Shown piece after piece: positions 48,518 through 58,106 of a DNA stretch of 64,000 nt. Positions within the stretch are counted from its first letter, which is position 1. Each line of letters begins with the position of its first letter. A program made the position numbers and the translations under genes. The stretch is from positions 3,005-67,004 of the forward strand of contig DAHUYO010000004.1 in the NCBI GenBank assembly GCA_027315185.1, given 5' to 3'. The notes below the pieces were generated by a model. It was not told the origin of the DNA. It saw only the letters and a list, made by a program, of their open reading frames with translations, and made no database searches. The stretch comes from Acidobacteriota bacterium. Lineage in GTDB: Bacteria; Acidobacteriota; Terriglobia; Terriglobales; SCQP01.

Positions 48518-49288
48518 CTAGGGTTTTAGAATGGCGTTGTAACCGTCGGCCTTCAATCGTGCCTGCATTTCCTGCGCCTGCTGCTGGGTGGGAAACGGGC
48601 CGACCTGAACGCGGTAGTATTGCTGGCCGATCGCCGGATCTGGCAAGAGCACATAAACCGGATATTGCCGCGCCTTGAGCGCCGCGGCGAGATTTTCCGC
48701 ATCCGATCGATTGACGCCGGCAAAGACCTGCACCGCAAAGTTTGCGGCTCCTGGGATCTGAACGGGCGGCTTGCTGCCGACGGGAACATCGCCGGGAATG
48801 TTGGGGCTAGGTTTGGGCGTTTGCGCGCCGGACAACGCGGGTTCGGGGGGCAGTTGCGCCGAATTCGCGTTCGTGGCGCCGTTGGCCGAAGGCTGTAGTG
48901 TCGGAGAAACCTTATTTTGTTCCGCCTGACTGAGGCCATTGGGATTGGGCGGCGCCGCAAAGCTGGCGGAGGAAGAGGAATTGGCGGCGGGGCTGTTGGC
49001 CCCGGGGGAGACGGCCAGACTGTTGCCGGCGGCAGCGGGATTGAGCGGCAGGGTGGTGCTCGGACTGGGCTTGTCAATGCTGGCCTGGGCCCCGCTGGCG
49101 GGCACCACTTGATTGCCGAGCGTGAAATCCGCTGGGATGGCGTGCTTGCCGAAGGTGTAACCGATGGCAAAGAACATCCCACAGAGCACGGCCACCGCGC
49201 AGAGCATGGCGACGATGCTCCATGTGCCCAATTCGAACTGGTAACCCGTATCGGCTTCCTCGCGGGTGCGATCAAGATAACGCGGCAT
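48518..49288 (-). CDS. SPOR domain cell-division protein (DedD/FtsN-like)
   Basis: N-terminal TM helix, Pro/Ser linker, FAVQV...YRVQVGPF. Confidence 0.85.
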   Translation of the reverse strand: MPRYLDRTREEADTGYQFELGTWSIVAMLCAVAVLCGMFFAIGYTFGKHAIPADFTLGNQVVPASGAQASIDKPSPSTTLPLNPAAAGNSLAVSPGANSPAANSSSSASFAAPPNPNGLSQAEQNKVSPTLQPSANGATNANSAQLPPEPALSGAQTPKPSPNIPGDVPVGSKPPVQIPGAANFAVQVFAGVNRSDAENLAAALKARQYPVYVLLPDPAIGQQYYRVQVGPFPTQQQAQEMQARLKADGYNAILKP

Positions 49289-49319
49289 AATCCCTTTCAG
49301 CAGTCATGGCGAATCGCGG

Positions 49320-50138
49320 CTAATCGCCGCCCGCTCCCCCCGCCGGAGGCGGTGCGGCAGCGGCGGCGGCGGCCGCGGCCGCGGCGGCGGCCTTGGTGTT
49401 CTTGGCGTAGGTCAGTGCCTCGATCATATCCAGCGGAAGCGGAAAGACGATCGTGGTGTTTTTCTCCACGCCGATTTCGGTCAGGGTCTGCAGATAGCGG
49501 AGCTGCAGAGCAATGGGCTCCCGGGCCATGATGGCGCTGGCCTCGGCGAGGCGCTCGGAGGCGGCGTACTCGCCCTCGGCATGAATGATCTTGGCGCGCT
49601 TCTCGCGCTCCGCTTCCGCCTGCCGCGCCATGGCGCGGCGCATGCTTTCGGGCAGATCCACGCTTTTGATCTCCACCTTGGTGACCTTTACGCCCCAGGG
49701 ATCGGTGTGCTGGTCGAGGATGACCTGAAGGCGATTGTTGATCAAATCGCGGGAGGAAAGAAGGTCGTCCAATTCCACCTCGCCGAGGACGGAACGCAGC
49801 GTGGTTTGGGCGAATTGCGAGGCGGCGAAGCGGTAATTTTGCACCTCGACGATGGCCTTTTCCGGGTCAATGACGCGGTGATAAACGACCGCCACCACGG
49901 TCGCGGTCACATTGTCGCGGGTGATAATGTCCTGCGGCGGAACGTCGAGCGCCGATTCGCGCAGCGTCACCCGCTGCACGCGGTCAATCACCGGGAAGAC
50001 CAAAATCAAACCCGGGCCTTTGGGATGGCCCAAGATGCGGCCGAGGCGGAAGATGACGACCCGGTCGTATTCCGGGACGACCTTAATGGCCGCGAGCAGG
50101 AACAACACAACGATAATGACGGCAACGAAAATGGCCAT
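49320..50138 (-). CDS. SPFH/stomatin (slipin) protein
   Basis: [31 protein letters not shown]. Confidence 0.92.
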   Translation of the reverse strand: MAIFVAVIIVVLFLLAAIKVVPEYDRVVIFRLGRILGHPKGPGLILVFPVIDRVQRVTLRESALDVPPQDIITRDNVTATVVAVVYHRVIDPEKAIVEVQNYRFAASQFAQTTLRSVLGEVELDDLLSSRDLINNRLQVILDQHTDPWGVKVTKVEIKSVDLPESMRRAMARQAEAEREKRAKIIHAEGEYAASERLAEASAIMAREPIALQLRYLQTLTEIGVEKNTTIVFPLPLDMIEALTYAKNTKAAAAAAAAAAAAAPPPAGGAGGD

Positions 50139-50226
50139 GGGAACCTTCCCAGCGGAAACGGCAGTCCTGGCTTATTCTACCCGCCGGCTCTGTCGGCGGC
50201 CAGCGGCGGGACTCCAAACGTACACC

Positions 50227-51594
50227 CTACGGGCGCTGGCCTTGGGCGGCCGACTGCGAGGCGGGGTTCTGGGGGACGGGCTCAACTTCCAGCAAGAGCC
50301 CCTGCAGGGCGCGAACGCGCACCTGGGCGCCGGGAACGGCGGGAACGGCGGAACGGGCGCGCCAAATTTCGCCGTGGATGCGCACCGTTCCCTCCGGCGC
50401 CAGGGCCGTGCGCACGATGGCGAGGGCGCCGACCATGCCCTGAGCCCCCGTGTGGACCTTGTTCGCGCGGGCGCGCAACACCAGACGCATCAAAAACACC
50501 GTAATGCCGGCCATCGGCAGCGCGACGCCCAGAGCCACGCTCCAATGCACCTGGAGAGCGGGAACGGAGGTGTCCACTAGGAACACCGCCCCGAACACCA
50601 TGGACACCACGCCGCCAATCGCCAGAACGCCATGGGACGGAAACTTGGCTTCCAGGATGAACAAGATAAATGCAAGCAATAGTAGACCGGCGGCGGCCCA
50701 GTTGAGCGGCAACAACGATAAGGCGAACAGCGAGACCGCGATCATGATGATTCCGGCCACGCCGGGAACGATGACACCCGGGTGGGTGAACTCGATGTAG
50801 ACCAGCAGGGCGCCGATGGCCAGAAGCGCGAACGCCAGATCGGGATCCATGTCCAGCACGCGCTCTCGTAGGCTCATCCGATAGGGGACCAGCCGGGCGT
50901 GGGCCAGGTCGAAGGTCTGGACTTGGCCGTTGATGCGGTGAATCGGCTGGCCGTTGAGATCCGCCAGCAACTGCCGCGGCGAAGCGGCGATGTAGTTGAT
51001 CAAGCCGCCCTGGAGCGCCTCCTGGTCGGTGAAGGACTTGCTTTGCAGCACCGCCGAAAGCGCCAGCTTAACGTTGTGCCCGCGCCCGCCCGCCAAGGTG
51101 CGAATGTAGGCGGCAGCGTCGTTTTGGATCTTCTGCGCCTCGATCTTGCCCGGTTGCGGCCCGCCCAGCAGGACGGGATGGGCGGCGCCGGTATTGGTTC
51201 CGGGCGCCATGGCGGCGGCGTCGCAGCTCATCAGGATATAGAAGCCCGCGGAGGCGGCACGCGCTCCACTGGGATAGGCGTAGCCGAAGACGGGGGCTTT
51301 GGACGCGAGAATCGCCTGGATGATCTGCCGCATCGAGGTGTCCAGCCCACCGGGAGTGCTCAGTTCGAGGATGACAGCGGTGGCTCCGCTTTGGTTAGCG
51401 TAGCGGATGCCGCGGGTGACGTACTCGGCGGTAACCGGCGCGACGGCGCCTTGCAAGGCGATGACGACCACCTTGGGCTGCGATTGCGGCGCAGGCGCGG
51501 AACTAGCCGCGGTGACTGCAAGGACCGCCAGTACGGTGCAGGCCAGCCAGCGGCCAAACGAGCGGCGCCCGAGCAGATGGAGCGGGGTGGACAT
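50227..51594 (-). CDS. nfeD: NfeD-family membrane serine protease
   Basis: TPGG, AASAG, GAAHP, C-terminal GEIWRA OB domain; adjacent to the slipin gene. Confidence 0.9.
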   Translation of the reverse strand: MSTPLHLLGRRSFGRWLACTVLAVLAVTAASSAPAPQSQPKVVVIALQGAVAPVTAEYVTRGIRYANQSGATAVILELSTPGGLDTSMRQIIQAILASKAPVFGYAYPSGARAASAGFYILMSCDAAAMAPGTNTGAAHPVLLGGPQPGKIEAQKIQNDAAAYIRTLAGGRGHNVKLALSAVLQSKSFTDQEALQGGLINYIAASPRQLLADLNGQPIHRINGQVQTFDLAHARLVPYRMSLRERVLDMDPDLAFALLAIGALLVYIEFTHPGVIVPGVAGIIMIAVSLFALSLLPLNWAAAGLLLLAFILFILEAKFPSHGVLAIGGVVSMVFGAVFLVDTSVPALQVHWSVALGVALPMAGITVFLMRLVLRARANKVHTGAQGMVGALAIVRTALAPEGTVRIHGEIWRARSAVPAVPGAQVRVRALQGLLLEVEPVPQNPASQSAAQGQRP

Positions 51595-51749
51595 GGCAAG
51601 CGAGCGCAGACCCAGAGCGGCGCTGGAGCTATTATGCGACCAGCGAGAGGGCGCGGAGGCAAGCGCCTCCGTCCCCAGCTGGACACCGCCCCGGCCGGCC
51701 AAGGGCGGGCAATGGCCTGCTGGGGCTGGCATCGGACCGCCCCCGGGAT

Positions 51750-53309
51750 TCAGCGCCGTTGGGGCGCGCGCGTGGTGAGCGCCGTGATCCGCCGTTCCAA
51801 GCCGACGATGGCATGGTCGCGAGGCGCGATGGCGCGCAGCACCGCAACCTGGGCCCGCGCGGCAGGGGCATTGTGGCGCGCCAGGTCGAGTTCGGCCAAG
51901 CCGACATGTGCGGCGGCATCACGCGGATCCAGCACCAAGGCGGCCAAAAATTCCTGTTGCGCGGCATCCAGTGCGCTTTGCCGGAGTAAGCGGCGCCCCT
52001 GGCGGAGATGAAAAGCCAGCCGTTGGGAGGGCGGCATTCGGGCCGCTTTGGCAAGGTTGGACCGCTCCACCGTGGCTTCCATCCGCCGAAACCTGCCCAG
52101 CGGCAACGAGCGCGCTGGCTGTTCCAGGGCGCGGGCAGTGGCATTGGGACAGGCCGCGGCCGGCGCCTGCAGCTGGGTGCGCAACGAGGCCAGAGGCGTG
52201 CCCGCCGCCGGCGCAGCGGCTTGCGCCATGCTGATAGCCAGGGTACGGTTGCCGAGTTCGCAGGCCACGGCGGCGCTGTTGGCCGCCAGGCGCGAGCGGA
52301 TCGCACCCTCGGCGCCAGCGGAGTGGCGGGCCCGATCCAGGATGGCCAATGCGTCCTGGCGTCCAAGGCGAGCTTCGGCGAGGGCCCAATTGTTGAGCAC
52401 CTGCGGCAGCGGCCAGAGCGCCGCCAAGCGCTGACTCAACTCCGCGGCGCGGGCATAACGGCCCAGGCGATACGCGCAATGGGCAGCCAGAAACAGCGCA
52501 CGCGGATAATTGGGGTCGCGCGTGTCCACTTGGGGCAGCCAAAGCAAGGCGGTGCGGTAATCATCGTTGTGCCAGTACCAAAGACCGAGGCGGTACACCG
52601 CTTGGCTATAGTCGGGGTCCAGGTGAACCGCAGCCACCAAGAACTTATGCCGCACGGCGGGTTCCGTGGCCAACAGTGCGCGGATATAACGCTCATAGGC
52701 AGCCAACGGCACCTGCTGGCGCTGGGCCAGTACCTGGGCCGCGGTCACCGTGGTATTTGGCGCCAGCACGCGCAGGACGCGCCACGCGAGGCGGGCCTGG
52801 ATGGTTTCCAACTGCGCCAAGCCGCCGGGGCGGGAATGGACCCGGACCAAATGCTGGCGGCGCAGATCGAAAATCGTGGCGCGGGCACGGAACTGGCCGT
52901 GAACGTAGTCGAAACGGCCCAAGATCAGCCAGCCGGCATGGGCTTTTTCGGCAACTTGCATCAGCGTGGCTTGGCTGAGCGTGGAAAGATCGGGTACACC
53001 TTCTTGATTGAAGGCGGTTGCCCGCTCCTGCGCGTTCAGCACCGGCATACCGGCGTCGCCCAGCGTGTCCGACAGCGCCTGGACAAAACTTTCGCCAATC
53101 CAGTCGAGATTGAGGTCGCCGGAACGGTTATTGAATGGGAGAATCAGCACCTGCGGGCTGGCCGGGGTAGGGGGCGCCTGGGCAATCCCCGTGGCCGCCA
53201 CGCTGAATGCGAGGAGCAATCCAATTAGGAGCCGGGGAGACGCCACGAGCGCCCATGGCCGAGCGCGGCGGCGGCGCCGGAATGGTCCGGAAGCTGAGGC
53301 GGCAGCCAT
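51750..53309 (-). CDS. Secreted tetratricopeptide-repeat protein
   Basis: Signal peptide, LILPFNN..LDWIGE N-domain, TPR-like helices. Confidence 0.75.
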   Translation of the reverse strand: MAAASASGPFRRRRRARPWALVASPRLLIGLLLAFSVAATGIAQAPPTPASPQVLILPFNNRSGDLNLDWIGESFVQALSDTLGDAGMPVLNAQERATAFNQEGVPDLSTLSQATLMQVAEKAHAGWLILGRFDYVHGQFRARATIFDLRRQHLVRVHSRPGGLAQLETIQARLAWRVLRVLAPNTTVTAAQVLAQRQQVPLAAYERYIRALLATEPAVRHKFLVAAVHLDPDYSQAVYRLGLWYWHNDDYRTALLWLPQVDTRDPNYPRALFLAAHCAYRLGRYARAAELSQRLAALWPLPQVLNNWALAEARLGRQDALAILDRARHSAGAEGAIRSRLAANSAAVACELGNRTLAISMAQAAAPAAGTPLASLRTQLQAPAAACPNATARALEQPARSLPLGRFRRMEATVERSNLAKAARMPPSQRLAFHLRQGRRLLRQSALDAAQQEFLAALVLDPRDAAAHVGLAELDLARHNAPAARAQVAVLRAIAPRDHAIVGLERRITALTTRAPQRR

Positions 53310-53353
53310 GGCGAAAGTATAAACGGCAGCTCCGGGCCGGTATCATAGTAGAA

Positions 53354-53797
53354 ATGAGGACCCGACCGATTGGCGTCAGCCTGCTGGCGGCCTTGAATTT
53401 CCTTGTCGTGGCGGGAATGGCGGGTGTGGGCGCGGCTCTGTTGGTGCGCGGCGCCTCGGTGCTGCACTCGCCCGTGGCACAACGGGTGTTGCAACACGAG
53501 GGCGCCGGGGGAGTCTGGTTCCTGGTGCTGAGTACGGTGCTATTGGCGGCGTTGATGGGCGTTGGCCTCCTCCGCCTGCGGGACTGGGGCCGGCAATTGA
53601 TGATGATCTACTGCGGCATTGCCCTGGCCAGCAGCGGTTTGATGGTGCTGGCGGAGATGCTGCGTTTTGCCGTGGATGCGGCGCTGGTGTGGTTGGCGGC
53701 GGCGATCTTGGCGGGGTGGGCTTTGCGTTATTTGACGCGGCCGCAGATCAAGCTCGCCTTTGGCGCGCCGGTCAAATCCAAGGCGCAGGGCGCCTAA
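53354..53797 (+). CDS. Hypothetical 4-TM membrane protein
   Basis: RPIGV...W.R...YL.RP.IK.AF pattern with four hydrophobic helices. Confidence 0.7.
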   Translation: MRTRPIGVSLLAALNFLVVAGMAGVGAALLVRGASVLHSPVAQRVLQHEGAGGVWFLVLSTVLLAALMGVGLLRLRDWGRQLMMIYCGIALASSGLMVLAEMLRFAVDAALVWLAAAILAGWALRYLTRPQIKLAFGAPVKSKAQGA

Positions 53798-53815
53798 GGA
53801 GCGGAGGGTAGGACC

Positions 53816-54757
53816 ATGGACGGCGGCGACAAAACGGTCTTGATCTTGAAGCCGCGAGGGTTCTGCGCCGGCGTGGTGCGGGCGGTGGAAGCGGTGGAAC
53901 AGGCGCTGGAAACCTTTGGGCCGCCGATTTACGTCCTCAACGAAATCGTGCACAACCGCACCGTCATCGGCGATTTGCAGGCCCGCGGGGCGATCTTCAT
54001 TCGCCACCTTGACGAGGCGCCGGCGGGCAGCCGCTTATTCTTCAGCGCGCATGGCGTGGCTCCGCAGATGTGGGAGGCGGCGCAGGCACGGCAGTTGGAG
54101 ATCATAGACGCCACCTGCCCGCTGGTCAGCAAGGTGCATCTGGAGGCGCGCAATTACATCCGCCAGGGATTCAGCCTGGTGATTATCGGCCATCGCGCCC
54201 ACGACGAGATTATTGGGCTGCTGGGCGAGGTGCCGGCCGGCACGCCGGTGGTGGAGACGGCGGAGCAGGCGGAAACGGTGGAGGTGGCTCACCCGGAGCG
54301 GGTGGCGTATTTGACGCAGACCACGCTGAGCTTGGACGAAGCCGCGGAGATCGTCACCCGGCTGCGCCGCAGGTTTCCCGCCATCGTGGGACCGCGGGCG
54401 CAGGACATCTGCTATGCCACGCAGAACCGGCAGACGGCGCTCAAGCAAATCGCGCCGAAGGTGGACGCGGTGTTCGTGGTGGGATCGGAGAACAGCTCGA
54501 ACTCGCTGCGGCTGGTCGAGGTGGCGGCCAACGCCGGAACGCCCGCCTATCGCGTGGACGACGCCGCGGACATCCAGCCCGCGTGGCTGGAAACGGTGCG
54601 GGTGCTGGGGCTAACGGCGGGAGCGTCGGCGCCGGAGAGCCTGGTGCAGCGGGTGGTCGAGGTGCTGCGCGAGCGATTCGGCTTCCGCCAGGTGGCCGAG
54701 GCGGAGGGCATCGAGGAGCACGTTCGCTTTAGCTTGCCGCCAGCGCTGGTCAACTGA
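53816..54757 (+). CDS. ispH: 4-hydroxy-3-methylbut-2-enyl diphosphate reductase
   Basis: PRGFCAGV, DATCPLV, QTTL, ICYATQNRQ, SSNS, TAGASAP. Confidence 0.95.
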   Translation: MDGGDKTVLILKPRGFCAGVVRAVEAVEQALETFGPPIYVLNEIVHNRTVIGDLQARGAIFIRHLDEAPAGSRLFFSAHGVAPQMWEAAQARQLEIIDATCPLVSKVHLEARNYIRQGFSLVIIGHRAHDEIIGLLGEVPAGTPVVETAEQAETVEVAHPERVAYLTQTTLSLDEAAEIVTRLRRRFPAIVGPRAQDICYATQNRQTALKQIAPKVDAVFVVGSENSSNSLRLVEVAANAGTPAYRVDDAADIQPAWLETVRVLGLTAGASAPESLVQRVVEVLRERFGFRQVAEAEGIEEHVRFSLPPALVN

Positions 54758-54908
54758 CCCGCGGCGGCTGCCGGCAGCGCCCATTCGGCGGCTGACGGAC
54801 ACCGCGCATTGCGGCGAATACGGAACCGGGCGAAGCGGCCGCGGCGCGCCCGCCGTATCTCCCCCTGGGCCGCCAAAAACGCCTATCCTGGGAGTTTAGG
54901 AGGACGAC

Positions 54909-56777
54909 GTGCCCAGCCCTGACCGGAAACAATTGATTCCAGCCCTGCATAACATTGCTACCCAGCTACGGATTGATTCGATCCAGGCCACCACGGCTGC
55001 CGGCAGCGGCCACCCCACCAGCTCCATGTCGGCGGCCGAGATCATGGCGGCGCTGTTTTTTCATGTCATGCGCTTCGACGTTCAGGATCCGGCGCGGCGA
55101 GAGAACGATAAATTCGTGCTTTCGAAAGGGCATGCGGCGCCGGTCCTGTATGCCACCTGGGCGGAGCTGGGATTGTTCCCGCGCGAACATTTGTTGACGC
55201 TGCGCAAGTTTGATTCCGACCTGGAAGGACACCCCACGCCAATTCTGAAATTTGTCTCCGTGCCGACCGGCTCGCTGGGTCAGGGACTGCCCGTGGGGCT
55301 CGGCATGGCGTTGGCGGCGCGGGTGGAAGAGCAGCCGTACCGCAGCTATGTGCTGATGGGTGACGGGGAAACGGCGGAAGGTTCGGTCTGGGAAGCGGCG
55401 GAGGTGGCCGGCTTTTACGGCGTGGACAATCTCTGCGCCATCGTGGACGTCAACCGGCTGGGGCAAAGCCAGCCGACGATGCTGCAACACCGGATGGAGG
55501 TCTATCAGCAACGCTGGGCGGCATTCGGCTGGAATGCCTTGGTGGTGAATGGCCACGATCTGGACCAGTTGCTGACCGCCTTCGAGCAGGCGGCCGCGAC
55601 CGAGGGCCGTCCCACCGTGATTTTGGCGGAGACGAAAAAAGGCCGCGGCGTGTCGTTTTTGGAAGACAAGGAAGGCTGGCACGGCAAGGCGCTGAAAACG
55701 GAGGAAGCCGAGGCGGCGGTCAAGGAGTTGCAGGCACAGTTTGTCCCCAGTGAGGGCGCCAAGCCGATGCCGGCGGCGCCCGCCGTGGGACGGAAGGCGA
55801 CGGCCGAAGCCGCGGCCCTGCCCGCGCCCAAATTCGACAAGCCGATGGCCACGCGGGAGGCGTTTGGCTTGGCGCTCGCCGCGCTGGGCAAGCTGGACAG
55901 CCGGGTGGTGGCGCTGGACGGCGACGTGAAGAATTCGACCTTCACCGAGGACTTCCAGCAGATCGCGCCCAACCGCTTCTTCGAAGGCTATATCGCCGAG
56001 CAAAACATGACCGGGATGGGCATGGGCATGGCGGCGGCGGGCAAGATTCCTTTCCTCTCGACCTTCGCCTGTTTTTTGACCCGCGCGGCGGATTTCATCC
56101 GGCTGGCGGCGCTGGCCAAGTCCAATTTGAAGGTGGTGGGCACGCACGCCGGCGTTTCCATCGGCGAGGACGGCTCCTCGCAGATGGGTTTGGAGGATTT
56201 GGCCCTGTTCCGGGCGACGCCGGAGTCCCTGGTGCTATATCCCAGCGATCCGGTGGCGACCTGGCGGGCGGTGGAACTGGCGGCGGGACATCAGGGCCTG
56301 GCCTACATTCGTACCGGCCGGCCGAAGAGCCCGCTGATCTATGGGGCCGAAGAGAGCTTCGCCATCGGCAAGGCCAAGGTGCTGCGGCAGAGCGCGGACG
56401 ACGCCATCACCGTGGTGGCCGCGGGCGTGACGCTGCCGGAAGCGCTAAAGGCGCACGACGAATTGAAAAAGGAAGGCATCGCCATCCGCGTGGTGGATTT
56501 GTTCAGCGTGCGGCCGGTGGATCAAGCGACGCTGCTGGCCTGCGCCAAGGCGACGCGGCAAACTATCGTCACGGTCGAAGACCATTACCGCGCCGGCGGC
56601 ATCGGGGATGCGGTGGCGGAAGCGGTCGAGAGCGCCGGCGTGAGGGTGCTGCGGCTGGCCATCGAGCACATCCCGCACAGCGGCACGGCGCAGGAATTGC
56701 TGCACGCCTATAAAATCGACGCCGCCGCCATCATTGAGCAGGTGCGGGCGGCCGTGCCCACGGCAGCAACGCGCTAA
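54909..56777 (+). CDS. tkt: Transketolase (short, about 620 aa type)
   Basis: SGHPTS, SKGHAAP, LEGHP, GDGE..EG, IAEQN, GEDG.SQ. Confidence 0.92.
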   Translation: MPSPDRKQLIPALHNIATQLRIDSIQATTAAGSGHPTSSMSAAEIMAALFFHVMRFDVQDPARRENDKFVLSKGHAAPVLYATWAELGLFPREHLLTLRKFDSDLEGHPTPILKFVSVPTGSLGQGLPVGLGMALAARVEEQPYRSYVLMGDGETAEGSVWEAAEVAGFYGVDNLCAIVDVNRLGQSQPTMLQHRMEVYQQRWAAFGWNALVVNGHDLDQLLTAFEQAAATEGRPTVILAETKKGRGVSFLEDKEGWHGKALKTEEAEAAVKELQAQFVPSEGAKPMPAAPAVGRKATAEAAALPAPKFDKPMATREAFGLALAALGKLDSRVVALDGDVKNSTFTEDFQQIAPNRFFEGYIAEQNMTGMGMGMAAAGKIPFLSTFACFLTRAADFIRLAALAKSNLKVVGTHAGVSIGEDGSSQMGLEDLALFRATPESLVLYPSDPVATWRAVELAAGHQGLAYIRTGRPKSPLIYGAEESFAIGKAKVLRQSADDAITVVAAGVTLPEALKAHDELKKEGIAIRVVDLFSVRPVDQATLLACAKATRQTIVTVEDHYRAGGIGDAVAEAVESAGVRVLRLAIEHIPHSGTAQELLHAYKIDAAAIIEQVRAAVPTAATR

Positions 56778-56788
56778 ACGCCCGGCCG

Positions 56789-56969
56789 CACCTGGCCGGG
56801 CTCGTGCTGGATCGGCGCGGGCTGAGGGCATACGATGCGCTGCAGCTCGCCAGCTGCCTTCTTCTGCCGGCCGGGCCAGACCCACCATGCTTTCTGCAGC
56901 GACCGCACACTGCTGCCGGCTGCCGAGGAGGAGGGCCTGCGGTTCATTGATCCCGCGGGCGGCAGCTGA
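56789..56969 (+). pseudogene. VapC/PIN toxin C-terminal remnant with frameshift
   Basis: GLRAYDALQLASCL, then after a frameshift near 56891, FCSDRTLLPAAEEEGLRFIDP*. Confidence 0.7.
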
Positions 56970-57092
56970 GAGCTGGCGCCAGCGGTGGTCCGGCCACGCG
57001 CACCTTGCCGTTCAGCGTAGTCACGCAAGCCGCCAGGGCTCGCCCTGGTGACGCCAATACGGGAGGCAGCCCTCGTGGTATAGTCCGAGCCA

Positions 57093-58103
57093 TTGACGGC
57101 GGACGACACGCGCACGATCGGTACGGCAGCCGCGCCGCAAGGCGCTGGCGCGGCGGCGGCTGTCATCGTCTCTGGACTGCGGAAGTCCTATGGCCCGGTT
57201 CGGGCGGTGAATGATGTCAGCTTCCAGATTCAGCCTGGCGAGGTCTTTGGCCTGCTGGGGCCGAATGGCGCCGGTAAAACCTCGACCATCGAGGTCTTGG
57301 CGGGATTGCGGCCCGCGGATGCGGGGTACGTCCGCGTTTGCGGCTTGAATCCGGACCGGGACGGAAGACGGCTGCAAGAGCGCATTGGCCCGCAGTTGCA
57401 GGCCACGATGTTGCCGGATAAATTGCGGGTCGAGGAGGCGCTGCGCCTTTTCGCGGGATTCTACGGCCGCGCCTTGCCGGTCGCTGGGCTGCTCGAACGG
57501 TTCGGCTTAACGGAGAAGCGCCGCACCTATTTTCAGCGGCTCTCCGGCGGCCAAAAGCAACGGCTGGCCCTGGCCCTCGCCCTGGTCAACGATCCGGAAT
57601 TGGTGTTGCTCGATGAACCGACGACCGGCCTGGACCCGCGCGTGCGGCGTGACGTCCACGCTCTCATCGCGGGCTTGCGGGCGGAGCGGCGCACGGTGCT
57701 GCTGACCACTCATTACATAGAAGAAGCCGAACGGCTCTGCGACCGGGTAGCGGTCATGCATCGCGGCGCGATCGTCGCGATTGGGCCGCCGCGAGAGGTG
57801 GTCGCGGCCGCGGGGCTCGCCAGCGAAATCGAGGTGCGGCTCGCCCGGCCGGCCGTATGCGCGGCGCTTGCCGCGCTGGACGGCGTAGCCGCGGCCCACC
57901 CAACGGAGGCCAACGATGGCGCTGCGGTTTACCGCCTACGGGCTGGCGCGGTCGCTCCCGCCGTGGTGGCGCTGGTGCGCTGGCTCGACCAGACGGGCAA
58001 CCGCCTTCTCGATTTGCAATTGCACCAGCCTACGCTGGAGGACGCCTTCGTGCAAATGACCGGTCCTGATGGAGCGGATCGCGGCGAAGAGGGCCTGGAA
58101 TAA
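57093..58103 (+). CDS. ABC-2 transporter ATP-binding protein
   Basis: GPNGAGKT, LSGGQ, LLDEPT, TTHY. Confidence 0.92.
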   Translation: MTADDTRTIGTAAAPQGAGAAAAVIVSGLRKSYGPVRAVNDVSFQIQPGEVFGLLGPNGAGKTSTIEVLAGLRPADAGYVRVCGLNPDRDGRRLQERIGPQLQATMLPDKLRVEEALRLFAGFYGRALPVAGLLERFGLTEKRRTYFQRLSGGQKQRLALALALVNDPELVLLDEPTTGLDPRVRRDVHALIAGLRAERRTVLLTTHYIEEAERLCDRVAVMHRGAIVAIGPPREVVAAAGLASEIEVRLARPAVCAALAALDGVAAAHPTEANDGAAVYRLRAGAVAPAVVALVRWLDQTGNRLLDLQLHQPTLEDAFVQMTGPDGADRGEEGLE

Positions 58104-58106
58104 TCC

